In this document: positions 30,148-40,321 of the stretch, piece after piece
Layout: every line of letters begins with the position of its first letter
Position numbering within the stretch: the stretch's first letter is position 1
NCBI GenBank assembly: GCA_964568395.1
Contig: CAZMPN010000001.1
Coordinates: forward strand, 1,133 to 65,132
Reading direction: 5' to 3'
Origin: an uncultured Helicobacter sp.
GTDB lineage: Bacteria > Campylobacterota > Campylobacteria > Campylobacterales > UBA6016
DNA length: 64,000 bases
Notes under the pieces: generated by a model
Told to the model about the DNA's origin: nothing
Database searches by the model: none
What the model saw: only the letters and a program-made list of their open reading frames with translations
Translations under genes and position numbers: made by a program

Positions 30148-31734
30148 ATGCCAAAAACGATACATGCGAAAATAGTCGGGGCTATGATAGCAGGACTCAT
30201 AGCCGGCGGTATAGCCATAATAATATTTATGACGTCAAACTCCAAAGAGCTAGCGAACAAAACCACGCAAAAATCGCTTCAGATGCTAAGCGAGTCCATA
30301 TTCCAAACCTTAAGAACAAGCATGAACATGGGTGACCCGAAACTGGTGGAGGATACGCTCTCTAGGGCGAAACAAATCCCAGGCATAGACGGACTTAGCG
30401 TTTCAAAATCCAAACAGGTCATAGAGGCGTTCGGTCTAAACGCGGAATTCACAAAAGACCCGGATATAGCAAAAACATTCCAGACGAAAGAGACGAAGCT
30501 AATAGACATTACCGAGGGCAAACATACGGTCAGACTTATAAAACCGCTTTTGGCCGAAAAAGATTGTCTTAGCTGCCACGTAACGTCAAAAGAGGGTGAC
30601 GCGCTAGGTGTAATGGATCTTAGGATTTCGCTCGAAGAGGCTGACAAAGATATACAAAAATCGCAGCTATACATTGCGATTACGATGATAGTGGCTTCCG
30701 TTTTTGCGCTGATAGGCGTTCTTTTCTTCTTTAAAACAACCCTGTTTAAGCCGCTTCAGGATTTGACGGATACGACGAAAGATTTGGCGGAGGGAGAGGG
30801 TGACCTCACAAAAAGGCTAAAGGCCAAGAATGACGACGAGATAGGCGAAGTCGCCTCATATACAAATAAATTCATAGCGAAGATACAGCAGACGGTTACG
30901 GAAGTAGGGAATACGGCTACACACGCTAAAGCCATAAGCCAAAAAACACTATCAAATGCGACCGAGATTTCGAAGTCGGCACACCTGCAAACGAAAATGG
31001 TTCAAGAGTCAAAAGACCTCGTATCAAAAGTGGAAAAAGAGATAGACCAGTCCGAGCAGCTGGCTATCCAAACCACGGAGGATACCAAGGCAAACCTAGA
31101 GGTGCTGACACAGATGAGCGCCTCCCTAAACAGAGTCGTAGACGCCATTACGCTGGCAAGCGAAGAAGAGATAGGTATGAGCGGCAGAATTACCGCTCTT
31201 GCGAACGAGACGCTAAAAATAAAAGATGTTCTAGAGATGATCAAAGATATAGCGGACCAGACAAATCTGCTGGCTCTCAACGCAGCAATAGAAGCGGCGC
31301 GCGCCGGCGAGCACGGAAGAGGGTTTGCGGTCGTGGCCGACGAGGTGCGGAAGCTTGCGGAGAGAACGCAAAAGAGCCTAACGGAGATAGACGCGACGAT
31401 TAGCGTAGTGGTGCAAAGCGTAGGCGACGTATCCGAAGGAATGAACAAGAACGCCGAGAACATAAAACAGATATCCGGCGACGCTCTTGACGTGAAAGAC
31501 ATCGCAGATGAGACGCAGCATAAGATAGTAAGCACTATAGAGACGAGCAAAAAAGCGTCTCAGGCCGCCGTAGAGATAAGCCACATGACAAAGACCCTTA
31601 TAGAAAAAATGAACGACACCCTAAACGTAACCCTTCAAAATCAAGATATATCCGACGAGCTAATAGATATAGCCAACGAGCTGGCAAAAGCATCCGAATC
31701 TCTGGATACGCAGATGAAGGGATTTAAAGTATAA
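30148..31734 (+). CDS. Methyl-accepting chemotaxis protein with a periplasmic CXXCH-containing sensor domain
   Basis: 528 aa. Layout is TM1, a ~145-aa periplasmic domain with DCLSCH (nt 30565-30579), TM2, HAMP, then the signalling hairpin [34 protein letters not shown]. Confidence 0.9.
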   Translation: MPKTIHAKIVGAMIAGLIAGGIAIIIFMTSNSKELANKTTQKSLQMLSESIFQTLRTSMNMGDPKLVEDTLSRAKQIPGIDGLSVSKSKQVIEAFGLNAEFTKDPDIAKTFQTKETKLIDITEGKHTVRLIKPLLAEKDCLSCHVTSKEGDALGVMDLRISLEEADKDIQKSQLYIAITMIVASVFALIGVLFFFKTTLFKPLQDLTDTTKDLAEGEGDLTKRLKAKNDDEIGEVASYTNKFIAKIQQTVTEVGNTATHAKAISQKTLSNATEISKSAHLQTKMVQESKDLVSKVEKEIDQSEQLAIQTTEDTKANLEVLTQMSASLNRVVDAITLASEEEIGMSGRITALANETLKIKDVLEMIKDIADQTNLLALNAAIEAARAGEHGRGFAVVADEVRKLAERTQKSLTEIDATISVVVQSVGDVSEGMNKNAENIKQISGDALDVKDIADETQHKIVSTIETSKKASQAAVEISHMTKTLIEKMNDTLNVTLQNQDISDELIDIANELAKASESLDTQMKGFKV

Positions 31735-31754
31735 GAGGAGAACCAACTCCTCTT
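31733..31754. terminator. Bidirectional hairpin between the convergent MCP gene and arsB (AAGAGGAG-aaccaa-CTCCTCTT, then ATTTTA)
   Basis: Perfect 8-bp inverted repeat read directly; fills the 23-bp convergent gap. Confidence 0.55.
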
Positions 31755-31757
31755 ATT

Positions 31758-33014
31758 TTACGCCGTCAAAGAGAGGAGAACTACCAATAAAACTATCGGC
31801 GTTACCAAAAGCCCGAATTTAGAGTACTCACAAAAACCTATCTTGACGCCCTTTTTTTCAAGCACATGTAGCCACAAAAGCGTCGCCAAAGAGCCAAAAG
31901 GCGTCATTTTCGGACCCAGGTTGCACCCTATAATGTTCGCGTACGCCAGCAGGTCGCTTCCGTAAGGCTTTAGAGCTATATCCATTACCATAACGGTCGG
32001 CATATTGTTCATAACGGCGCTAAGGGCGGCGGCCAAAAACCCTACGCCGACAATAGCGGCAGGCTCGCCAAGTTTAACCATATTCCCGATTATCAAAGAC
32101 AGCTCGTCCGTAAGACCGGCATTTTTTAGGCCGTATACAACAATATAGAGTCCTATGCTAAACCAAACAACCTGCCAAGGCGCGGTTTTTATAGTCATAT
32201 AAAATTTTGCGGCCTTTCTCGCAGAAGCGACAGCCAAAAACAGAACGCCTCCGCCAAGCGCAAAAACAGATATCGGCAGATGAAGCGCGTCCCCCAAAAA
32301 ATAACCGCAAAGCAGCAGCCCCAAAAAAAGCCAGCTGAAATAAAAAAGCGGCCTATCTTTTAGTACCGAATCCGGCTCTTTTAAAAGCTCCACATCTACA
32401 GTTTTTGGAATATCCCTTCTCAGCACAATCCAGAGCACAAGAATAGAAGCAAATACGCTTACGATAAAAGGAAACGCCATGTTTAGCATGTAATCCGCGA
32501 AGCCTATGCCAAAATACCCGGCCGTAACTATATTCGTAAGATTGGAGAATACGAAAGGCAAAGACGCGCTATCGGAGATAAAGCCTCCGGCCAACAAAAA
32601 GGCTACTATCGTTTTTGCGTTTAGCCGCAAAAGCCTCATCTTGGATAGCAGTATAGGCGTGAGTATAAGCGCCGCGCCGTCGTTCGCAAAAAGCGCGCTT
32701 ACTCCGGCTCCAAGAAGCAAAGAGTATACGAACATCCTATGCCCGTCGCCGTTTGAGAGCTTTGCCATCTTTATGGCGCACCACTCAAAAAAGCCTATCT
32801 CGTCAAGCACCATAGAGAGAATGATAATGCCTATAAAACTAAGCGTCGCATCCCAAACTATGGATGTTACGTCAAGCATATCCGCTAGGCTTACTACGCC
32901 GAATATATAGGCCACGCCCGCGCCAATAACGGCCGAGCTGCCTATACGAAGCCCTCTTGGCTGAAATATTACGAGGGCCATGGTAAATAGGAATATTAAA
33001 ATTGCGCCGATCAT
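31758..33014 (-). CDS. arsB: Arsenite efflux permease ArsB (ArsB/NhaD family)
   Basis: 418 aa. Strongly colinear with E. coli ArsB as I recall it (LLDEIGFFEWCA, LFANDGAALILTPI, SDSASLPFVFSNLTNIV). Confidence 0.9.
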   Translation of the reverse strand: MIGAILIFLFTMALVIFQPRGLRIGSSAVIGAGVAYIFGVVSLADMLDVTSIVWDATLSFIGIIILSMVLDEIGFFEWCAIKMAKLSNGDGHRMFVYSLLLGAGVSALFANDGAALILTPILLSKMRLLRLNAKTIVAFLLAGGFISDSASLPFVFSNLTNIVTAGYFGIGFADYMLNMAFPFIVSVFASILVLWIVLRRDIPKTVDVELLKEPDSVLKDRPLFYFSWLFLGLLLCGYFLGDALHLPISVFALGGGVLFLAVASARKAAKFYMTIKTAPWQVVWFSIGLYIVVYGLKNAGLTDELSLIIGNMVKLGEPAAIVGVGFLAAALSAVMNNMPTVMVMDIALKPYGSDLLAYANIIGCNLGPKMTPFGSLATLLWLHVLEKKGVKIGFCEYSKFGLLVTPIVLLVVLLSLTA

Positions 33015-33024
33015 CTTACGTCCT

Positions 33025-33354
33025 TTAGCTTGCGCATACGCTATGCTTGGAATTCACGTGTATGTCCAGATTTCTTATCTCCTGCAAAACCATCCTATGA
33101 AATTCGCTTCTAGGAGCCAAAAAATAATACGCATAGCTTCCTGTGCGCTCGACGTCCAAAAAACCGCCATCTTTCAATATTTTTAGATGCCTGGATAGCC
33201 TAGACTGTATCATCTCAAGCGAACTTTCCAGTTCGCACACGCAACTTTTGCCGTGAACGACAAGAAACTTTAATATCCTCACTCTTGTTTCGTCATTCGC
33301 CGCTCCTACCGATCTCAAAAAATCTTCCACGTTACCCATTTGCGCTGTTTTCAT
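33025..33354 (-). CDS. arsR: ArsR/SmtB-family metalloregulator
   Basis: 109 aa. Winged HTH with the As(III)-binding type CVCEL motif (GKSCVCELESSL). Confidence 0.85.
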   Translation of the reverse strand: MKTAQMGNVEDFLRSVGAANDETRVRILKFLVVHGKSCVCELESSLEMIQSRLSRHLKILKDGGFLDVERTGSYAYYFLAPRSEFHRMVLQEIRNLDIHVNSKHSVCAS

Positions 33355-33796
33355 CTATCTCTTTATTTTTTACTCCCTCTATAAACTCCTCTACCTTGCG
33401 TTTTATGGCGTCCCTTACGACTCCGACTTTCGCCAGCTTCGCTTCATGGTCGCCGTCAAAACCGCTCGGGTCTTCGAAGCTCCAATTGATTCTTTGGGTT
33501 ATTCCCGGAAATAACGGACATTTTTGCGCGGCGCCTTCGTCGCACACCGTTATTACATAGTTATATCTTCTGCCTTCCTTGAAAAATTCAAACACCGAAT
33601 TCGTTTCGTTTTTAGACAAGTCATATCCTATTTCCGACATGGCCTCTATTACGAGAGGGTTCATTTTCCCTGGCTCAAAACCTGCGCTCTGCGCCTCAAA
33701 AACCCCGGCTCCAAGCTTATTCAAAAACGCCTCGGCCATCTGGCTTCTGGCGCTATTATGGATACATACAAACAAAACTTTTTTATTCGCAGCCAT
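33332..33796 (-). CDS. arsC: Arsenate reductase, LMW-PTPase (thioredoxin-coupled) type
   Basis: Contains the P-loop VLFVCIHNSARSQMAE and the downstream Cys pair VCDEGAAQKCP. Start placed at MAANKK (ATG 33796) with AAGGAG 6 nt upstream; the ORF track extends to 33877 over the promoter region. Confidence 0.88.
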   Translation of the reverse strand: MAANKKVLFVCIHNSARSQMAEAFLNKLGAGVFEAQSAGFEPGKMNPLVIEAMSEIGYDLSKNETNSVFEFFKEGRRYNYVITVCDEGAAQKCPLFPGITQRINWSFEDPSGFDGDHEAKLAKVGVVRDAIKRKVEEFIEGVKNKEIDENSANG

Positions 33797-33808
33797 TGAT
33801 AACTCCTT

Positions 33809-33830
33809 CATATCACAAAATCTTGATATG
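33809..33830 (-). promoter_or_regulatory. Inverted repeat CATATCA-N8-TGATATG immediately upstream of the arsC RBS; candidate ArsR operator
   Basis: Read directly. It lies just downstream of a TAATAT -10-like hexamer on the minus strand, in the 77-bp pcm-arsC gap. Confidence 0.3.
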
Positions 33831-33873
33831 TTGATATTATCCGCACTTCTTGACAATTCGGTGACGCGAAATA

Positions 33874-34521
33874 TCAATTCAGCTTGCTAACCCCTCTTTG
33901 TATCGGCACAAAAAGACACTCCTCGACCTCTTCTTTTACTATCATATAGCGATTCTTTCTATATCTCGTAATTATCTGCTTGTTGCCGACCGTTATGGGC
34001 GATACCAAAATACCGTCGTTGTCGCTAAGCTGATCGAATATATTTTGCGGTATCTCGTCTATGGAGGCGGATAGAAGTATGCGGTCGAACTTCGCAAACT
34101 CCGTCCAACCGTGCATTCCGTCGTCCAGTTTCGTATTGATATTGAGAAGCCCCAGTTTTTTAAAAGTATGCCTAGCCTCGCTCAAAAGACCCTCTATCCT
34201 CTCTATAGTGAATACGCGGCGGAAAAGCCTGGAGAGTATGGCGGCCTGATATCCGCTACCGCATCCTATTTCAAGGACGCTATCGGCGCCTCTATGCTCA
34301 AGCGCCTTCGTCATTTTGGCAACGGTCAACGGGGAGCTTATCCACTGTTCCGCGGCAAGCGGAAGCGCGTTTAGGGAGTTTGCGGAGTTTTTGAAACCTC
34401 TTGGCACAAAAGCCGAACGATCGGTTTCAAAAAAGGCGTTCAGTATAGAATCGTCCAGGTTTTCGCGCTTCAACAGCTCTTCTAAAAGTTTTCTTTGGCG
34501 CAAAGCAACGAGATTGGACAT
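33874..34521 (-). CDS. pcm: Protein-L-isoaspartate O-methyltransferase
   Basis: 215 aa. SAM motif VLEIGCGSGYQAA. Confidence 0.9.
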   Translation of the reverse strand: MSNLVALRQRKLLEELLKRENLDDSILNAFFETDRSAFVPRGFKNSANSLNALPLAAEQWISSPLTVAKMTKALEHRGADSVLEIGCGSGYQAAILSRLFRRVFTIERIEGLLSEARHTFKKLGLLNINTKLDDGMHGWTEFAKFDRILLSASIDEIPQNIFDQLSDNDGILVSPITVGNKQIITRYRKNRYMIVKEEVEECLFVPIQRGVSKLN

Positions 34522-34524
34522 TTA

Positions 34525-35556
34525 TCAGAAGTCGTCAAATGAGAGCGTACCTTTTGAGTAGTTGCTCACGGTTGCCTCAAAGAAATTGGCTTTTTGGTCG
34601 TTGAAGCTCGAAAATTTGTCGACCCATTTTATAGGATGTTCCACGTTGTACATAGGCTTCATCTTGACGGCTCTGAGTCGGCTATCGGCCAGATACCTGA
34701 TATACTGGTCTATTATCTCGTCGTTAAAACCTAGGATTTGGCCGTTTGTAACGTATTTACCCCATCCGGCCTCTATCTTCACCGCATCGTCAAACATATG
34801 CCTGACTTCTTCTTCCAGCTCCTTCGTAAAAAGATCCGGACGTTCGTTTCTAGTAGAGTTGATTAGGTTTTGGAACACCAGAAGATGGCTTATCTCGTCT
34901 CTTTGGATAAAGCGTATCATCTGCGCGCTTCCCATCATCTTGCCGCTTCTGGCAAGGATATACATGCATGTAAAGCCGCTATAAAAATACAGCCCTTCCA
35001 AAATCTGGTTTGCGAACATAGCAAGCACTTTTTGCGAATCGGTCGGATTTTCTTCCAGCTTCTTATATACTTCGTAGATATATGCGTTTTTGTGCGCAAG
35101 CTCGGCGTCGCTTCTCCACTTGTCGTATATCTCGCTCGTATTTTCAGAGATAGACTCGACCATAACGGCGTAAGAGCTAGAGTGCAGCGCCTCCTCGAAA
35201 GCCTGTCTAACCAATAGAACATTTATTTCGGGAGCGGTAATGAAAGGATTTATGTTATCGGCCAGGTTGTTCGTCTGGATGGAGTCCATGAATATAAGCT
35301 GGCTAAGCACCAGATCGTACATTCTTTTTTCATGCTCGGAGAGGTTTTTATAGTCCTTGGCATCTTGGGTCATATCGACCTCTTTTGGAAACCAGGTATT
35401 AGCCAGCATCAAATCCCAAAGCCTTATAGCCCACTGGTATTTAACCTTTGTAAGCTCTATCAGCCCGGTCGGGTTTCCGCTTATGGTTCTTCTTTGCTGT
35501 ACGGATTCGAGCGAGCTTGGATTGTAGATTATTTTTTTACCGGCGTTTAATTCCAT
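34525..35556 (-). CDS. nrdB: Ribonucleotide-diphosphate reductase class Ia, beta subunit
   Basis: 343 aa. Di-iron ligand motifs [10 protein letters not shown] and RDEISHL. Confidence 0.95.
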   Translation of the reverse strand: MELNAGKKIIYNPSSLESVQQRRTISGNPTGLIELTKVKYQWAIRLWDLMLANTWFPKEVDMTQDAKDYKNLSEHEKRMYDLVLSQLIFMDSIQTNNLADNINPFITAPEINVLLVRQAFEEALHSSSYAVMVESISENTSEIYDKWRSDAELAHKNAYIYEVYKKLEENPTDSQKVLAMFANQILEGLYFYSGFTCMYILARSGKMMGSAQMIRFIQRDEISHLLVFQNLINSTRNERPDLFTKELEEEVRHMFDDAVKIEAGWGKYVTNGQILGFNDEIIDQYIRYLADSRLRAVKMKPMYNVEHPIKWVDKFSSFNDQKANFFEATVSNYSKGTLSFDDF

Positions 35557-35580
35557 ATTACCTATCCGAAAACTTATTGT

Positions 35581-35621
35581 AAGGGATAGATTTTACCTAT
35601 TTTAGTTTTAGTCTATCCCTT
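35581..35621 (-). promoter_or_regulatory. Intercistronic stem-loop between nrdA and nrdB (AAGGGATAGA - 21 nt - TCTATCCCTT)
   Basis: Perfect 10-bp inverted repeat read directly in the 84-bp nrdA-nrdB spacer. Confidence 0.35.
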
Positions 35622-35640
35622 TGGGACGGAAGGCCGAATC

Positions 35641-38028
35641 TTATTGGCAGCCCTCGCACTCTATGCTTCTATCCATCGTATCTTCGTCGATGTTGTTGTC
35701 TGGGCTTTGGCTTCTTAGATAATAAGTAGATTTTAGCCCGAGTTTCCATGCAAGCATATAGATGTCATTTAGCACTTTTCCGCTTGCGTTTTCTAGCTTC
35801 ATAAAGATATTGAGGCTTTGACCTTGGTCTATCCACTTTTGTCTCACGGCAGCCGCTTTTACCAGCAGGGACTGGTCTATCTCATACGCGGATTTGTAGT
35901 ACTCATACGTATCCAGCGTAAGGTTTGGCACCACCACCGGAATAAGGCCGGATAGGTTCTCCTCAAACCATTTTCTTTTGTATATCGGCTCGATAGTTTG
36001 AGTCGTACCGACAAGGATGGAGATGGACGAAGTAGGAGCAATAGCCATCAAATAGCCGTTTCTCATGCCGTCTTTTTTGACTTTCTCTCTTAAGCCGTTC
36101 CAGTCGTAAGCTTCGTCAAAAAGCCCTCTGCCCGATAGTTTTTTGGCCTCTTCGGAAGCGTGGTCTATAGGAAGTATCCCTTTTGACCAGTTCGAACCGG
36201 CAAATTGCGGATATGCGCCTTTTTCCAGCGCGAGGTCGGAGCTTGTCTTGATGGCGTTATAGGAGATCATCTCAAATATCTCGTCTATAAACGCGAAATG
36301 TCTCTCGCTGCCCCACTCTATACCTTTAGCCGCCAACATCTCGGCTTCACCCATCGCGCCAAGACCGACAGCCCTTGTTTGCAGGTTCGTATTTTTTACT
36401 TTTTCTACAGGATAGAAGTTTAGCTCTATTACGTTGTCGAGCATTCTAACGGCTATAGGAGCGACCCTTTCTATATCCTCTCTCGTATTGATCTTTGAGA
36501 GGTTTATGCTCGCCAGGTTGCAAACCGCCGTTTGGCCGCCTTCCGATACTTTTTCGACGATATATACTTTTTTGCCGCCTATCGTATCTATGGAGCTTAC
36601 CTTGTTGGCTTTTTTTACTATGCCGCTATCTATTTTTACCTCTGCGTTTTCGTCAAGCACCTCTTCCGTGCCGTCCTCAAACTTGACTTTTACCTTATAG
36701 TAGTTTGGCGCGGTGTTTTGGAAAATCTCCGTACAAAGGTTGCTGCTTCTAATGACACCTTTGTGGGAATTCGGATTTGCCTTGTTTGACGTATCTTTGA
36801 AGCATAAGAACGGGCTTCCGGTCTCGAAATACGAAAGGAGTATCTTTTTCCATAGATCTTTTGCGTTTACCGTCTCCCTTTTGATGTTTTTGTCAGCTTC
36901 ATACGCTTCGTATTTCGCGTCAAAATCATCGCCCCAAGAGTTTGTAAGCTCAGGCACGTCATACGGGTCAAAAAGACTCCATTGTCCATTCTCCTCCACT
37001 CTCTTCATAAACAAATCATTCATCCAAAGAGACGGGAATATGTCGTGCGCCCTTCTTCTCTCTTCGCCGGAGTTTTTCCTAAGGTCAAGGAAATCTTCTA
37101 TATCTTTGTGCCAGGTCTCGATATATACCGCTATAGCGCCTTTTCTGGTGCCCAGCTGGTCAACCGCAACTGCTATGTCGTTCGTAATCTTCAAAAACGG
37201 AACTATACCGCCGGCGGCGTTTTTGTGCCCGTCGATAAATGAGTTCGCCGCACGCACTTTCGCATAATCCCAGCCTATGCCGCCGCCATATTTGCTAAGG
37301 AGAGCCATCTCTTTGTATGAGTCGAAGATACCCTCGATGTTGTCAGGAGTACTTCCTACATAGCAAGAGCTCAGTTGGTGTCTCGGGGTTCTGGCGTTTG
37401 ACAGCGTAGGGGTAGCCGCCATGACCTCAAACTTTGAAAGAACGTCGTAAAACTCTTTCGCCCATCTCATTCTGTCTTTTTCGTTTTGGGCGAGAAACAT
37501 GGCTATAGCCATAAACATCTGCTGCGGAAGCTCGATAGGCTCGCCGCTTCTATCTTTTAGAAGGTATCTGTCGTAAAGCGTCTTGATGCCCAGATAGTTA
37601 AACTGAAGGTCGCGCTCAGGTTTTATGTATGCGTTTAGCTCTTTTAGGTCATAGAGCTCTTTTAGGCCCGGGACTATTCTCCCTTCTCTCTCGCCCACCT
37701 CAAAATAGTTTGCAAGGTCGCAATAGGAGGTGCCCTTGCAAGAGTCTATGTTTAGCCCTACCCTATGGTATAGGTCGTACAAAAACAGTCTCGCCGCGAC
37801 AAACGACCAATCCGGAGCGTCTATATCTATCTTGTCTACCGCCGTTTGTATAAGGGTTTGCTGGATTTCGGCCGTACTCATCCCGTCTCGGAATTGTATC
37901 TTGGCGTCTACTTCAAGCTCTGATTGCGATACGTTTCTAAGGCCTTCTACCGCCTCTTTGGTATATTTTTGTATTTTTTTGATGTCAAGCTCTTCTTTTC
38001 TTCCATCTCGCTTTACGACAGTTAGCAT
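35641..38028 (-). CDS. nrdA: Ribonucleotide-diphosphate reductase class Ia, alpha subunit
   Basis: 795 aa. ATP-cone (VVKRDGRKEELDIKKI), active-site SNLCTEI, and a C-terminal redox Cys pair (CEGCQ). Confidence 0.97.
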   Translation of the reverse strand: MLTVVKRDGRKEELDIKKIQKYTKEAVEGLRNVSQSELEVDAKIQFRDGMSTAEIQQTLIQTAVDKIDIDAPDWSFVAARLFLYDLYHRVGLNIDSCKGTSYCDLANYFEVGEREGRIVPGLKELYDLKELNAYIKPERDLQFNYLGIKTLYDRYLLKDRSGEPIELPQQMFMAIAMFLAQNEKDRMRWAKEFYDVLSKFEVMAATPTLSNARTPRHQLSSCYVGSTPDNIEGIFDSYKEMALLSKYGGGIGWDYAKVRAANSFIDGHKNAAGGIVPFLKITNDIAVAVDQLGTRKGAIAVYIETWHKDIEDFLDLRKNSGEERRRAHDIFPSLWMNDLFMKRVEENGQWSLFDPYDVPELTNSWGDDFDAKYEAYEADKNIKRETVNAKDLWKKILLSYFETGSPFLCFKDTSNKANPNSHKGVIRSSNLCTEIFQNTAPNYYKVKVKFEDGTEEVLDENAEVKIDSGIVKKANKVSSIDTIGGKKVYIVEKVSEGGQTAVCNLASINLSKINTREDIERVAPIAVRMLDNVIELNFYPVEKVKNTNLQTRAVGLGAMGEAEMLAAKGIEWGSERHFAFIDEIFEMISYNAIKTSSDLALEKGAYPQFAGSNWSKGILPIDHASEEAKKLSGRGLFDEAYDWNGLREKVKKDGMRNGYLMAIAPTSSISILVGTTQTIEPIYKRKWFEENLSGLIPVVVPNLTLDTYEYYKSAYEIDQSLLVKAAAVRQKWIDQGQSLNIFMKLENASGKVLNDIYMLAWKLGLKSTYYLRSQSPDNNIDEDTMDRSIECEGCQ

Positions 38029-39353
38029 CCAAAAACCCTCTCAAAAATTTTATCTATATTTTTAGTGTAGTAGCCGTAATCAAAGCATTCTCTTATCTCT
38101 GCTTCGGATAGCTTCGCCCTCAAATCTTCGTCATTTAAGAGGTTTTGCAAGAATAGCGACTCTCCTGCGCTATTTAGGGCAGGTTTGCCTTGTTGCAAAT
38201 CCTCCCATACTTTCATCGCGTTTCTTTGGACTATCTTGTAGCCGTCTTCTCTTGATACGCCTTTTAGCGGCAGCTCCAGAAGTACTCTTTGCGAAAATAC
38301 GAGCCCGCCTGTCAGGTTGAGGTTTTTCATCATGTTTTCAGGATATACGACCAGCTTCGATATAACGCCGTTAAATCTATTTAGCATAAAATCCGCCGTT
38401 ATAAAAGCGTCCGGAAGCATAAATCTCTCGACAGAAGAGTGGGAAATATCCCTCTCGTGCCAAAGAGCTACGTTTTCCATCGCAGGCACGGCATAACTTC
38501 TGATAACACGCGCTAGCCCGGTGATATTTTCCGTTAGAACCGGATTTCTCTTATGCGGCATCGCGCTTGAACCTTTCTGTCCAGGGCTAAAGTACTCTTC
38601 CGCCTCGTAAACTTCAGTTCTTTGAAGATGCCTAATCTCTACGGCGAACTTTTCGACGCTTGAAGCCAAAAGGGATAGAGCCGTAATAACTCTCGCGTAT
38701 CTATCTCTTTGGATTACCTGATTGGAAGCCTTGGCTACGCCAAGATCCAGATATTTGCAAGTAAGCTCTTCCAGCTCGATAGGAGTATGGGCAAGATTAC
38801 CCATCGCTCCGCTTACCATTCCTACACTGATAACATTCAAAGAACTCGTCAAATTTTCCAAATGGCGTTTTAACTCATCATACCAGATAGCAAGTTTTAG
38901 TCCAAAAGTAATAGGCTCGCCATGGATACCGTGGCTTCGCCCTACGCATAGGGTATGCTTATGCTCCATAGCCCTTGTTTTGATAGACTCCATAATCTCT
39001 TTTACGTCTTTTATGACTATATTCATAGAGTCTCTGATTTGCAATGCAACAGCGGTGTCTATTGTATCCGAACTTGTCATCCCGTAGTGCACCCATCTGC
39101 TCTCTTCGCCCAGATTGTTGGCTACGCTCGTCAAAAATGCGATTACGTCGTGTTTTGTGGTTTTTTCTATCTCATCTATTTCCGCGATGTCAAATTTTGC
39201 GTTTTTTTCTATCTTCTCAGCGTCCTCTTTTGGTATCAGCCCAAGCTCGCACCAGGCTTTTACGGCGGCTATCTCCACCTTTAGCCATGCGTCGTATTTC
39301 GCCTGCATCGTCCACAGGCTTTTCATCTCTTCTCTTGCGTATCTTTCTACCAT
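38022..39353 (-). CDS. purB: Adenylosuccinate lyase
   Basis: 443 aa. Fumarate-lyase signature GSSAMPHKRNP. Confidence 0.95.
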   Translation of the reverse strand: MVERYAREEMKSLWTMQAKYDAWLKVEIAAVKAWCELGLIPKEDAEKIEKNAKFDIAEIDEIEKTTKHDVIAFLTSVANNLGEESRWVHYGMTSSDTIDTAVALQIRDSMNIVIKDVKEIMESIKTRAMEHKHTLCVGRSHGIHGEPITFGLKLAIWYDELKRHLENLTSSLNVISVGMVSGAMGNLAHTPIELEELTCKYLDLGVAKASNQVIQRDRYARVITALSLLASSVEKFAVEIRHLQRTEVYEAEEYFSPGQKGSSAMPHKRNPVLTENITGLARVIRSYAVPAMENVALWHERDISHSSVERFMLPDAFITADFMLNRFNGVISKLVVYPENMMKNLNLTGGLVFSQRVLLELPLKGVSREDGYKIVQRNAMKVWEDLQQGKPALNSAGESLFLQNLLNDEDLRAKLSEAEIRECFDYGYYTKNIDKIFERVFGC

Positions 39354-39415
39354 TCTCGCTGAACCTTTTTTCTTGTAAAATCTTTTTTTGATTTTAGGAA
39401 AACAGGGCTAAATTT

Positions 39416-40321
39416 TTGGGTTACGAAATAAAAAAATTTGATATTAATGGCGAAAAACTATTATATTTTATGATTGAACGACTCGGCATACCGGAGCGTG
39501 CTGGAAAACGCCTGATAGACAAAGGCAGGGTAAAGCTAAACGGGGAGCTGGTGACAAACAAAGGAGTACGGGGAATCGGCGAAGTGGAGGTGCTTTTTTA
39601 CGAGCCTACGCCGTCTTTGCAACTTATGCCAGTTTTTGACTCGGAGGATTTCGCAGTTTTTGAAAAACCCTCCTTTATGCTATCCCATCCAAACGGCTTT
39701 CACGTCGAAGAGTGCCTGCTTGACAGCATCAAAAAACTGTACGGCAACATCGCAAACGTAACGCATAGGCTTGACTACGAGACAAGCGGACTAATAGTCG
39801 CCAGCAAGACAAAAGAGGCTGAGAGCATCCTAAAGACGACATTTGAGACAAGGGGAATGAAAAAGGAGTACACCGCCCTGCTCAAGGGACACCTAAAAGA
39901 ATCAAGAGAGGTCGAGTGTCTGCTCGAAAATATCAAGACCCTGGAGGTAAAAATAATGCAGGGCGCAAGCGAAAACGGCAAACACTCGCTCACTCTTTTT
40001 GAGCCGCTAGAATATTTCGAAAAAGAGGATGCGACGCTGGTGCGCGTTATGCCGCTAACAGGAAGGCTCCATCAGATACGCGTACACTCTTCTATGCTGG
40101 GTCATCCCATCATAGGGGAGCCTCTATACGGCAACGATATAAACACGGCGAAAGATTATTTGGACAAAAAAATGTCAATGGAAGAGAGGCTAAGGCGGAC
40201 AGGAGCGAAAAGAATATGTCTGCACGCCTCGAAAATAGCGTTCGAATACAAAAAACAAAACTATGAGATTAGCTCAAAAACGGACATAAAGTCCGAATTT
40301 TTGGCCTCTTTATCTAATTAG
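39416..40321 (+). CDS. RluA-family pseudouridine synthase
   Basis: 301 aa, TTG start. S4-like N-terminus and the catalytic motif HRLDYETSGL. Confidence 0.85.
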   Translation: MGYEIKKFDINGEKLLYFMIERLGIPERAGKRLIDKGRVKLNGELVTNKGVRGIGEVEVLFYEPTPSLQLMPVFDSEDFAVFEKPSFMLSHPNGFHVEECLLDSIKKLYGNIANVTHRLDYETSGLIVASKTKEAESILKTTFETRGMKKEYTALLKGHLKESREVECLLENIKTLEVKIMQGASENGKHSLTLFEPLEYFEKEDATLVRVMPLTGRLHQIRVHSSMLGHPIIGEPLYGNDINTAKDYLDKKMSMEERLRRTGAKRICLHASKIAFEYKKQNYEISSKTDIKSEFLASLSN

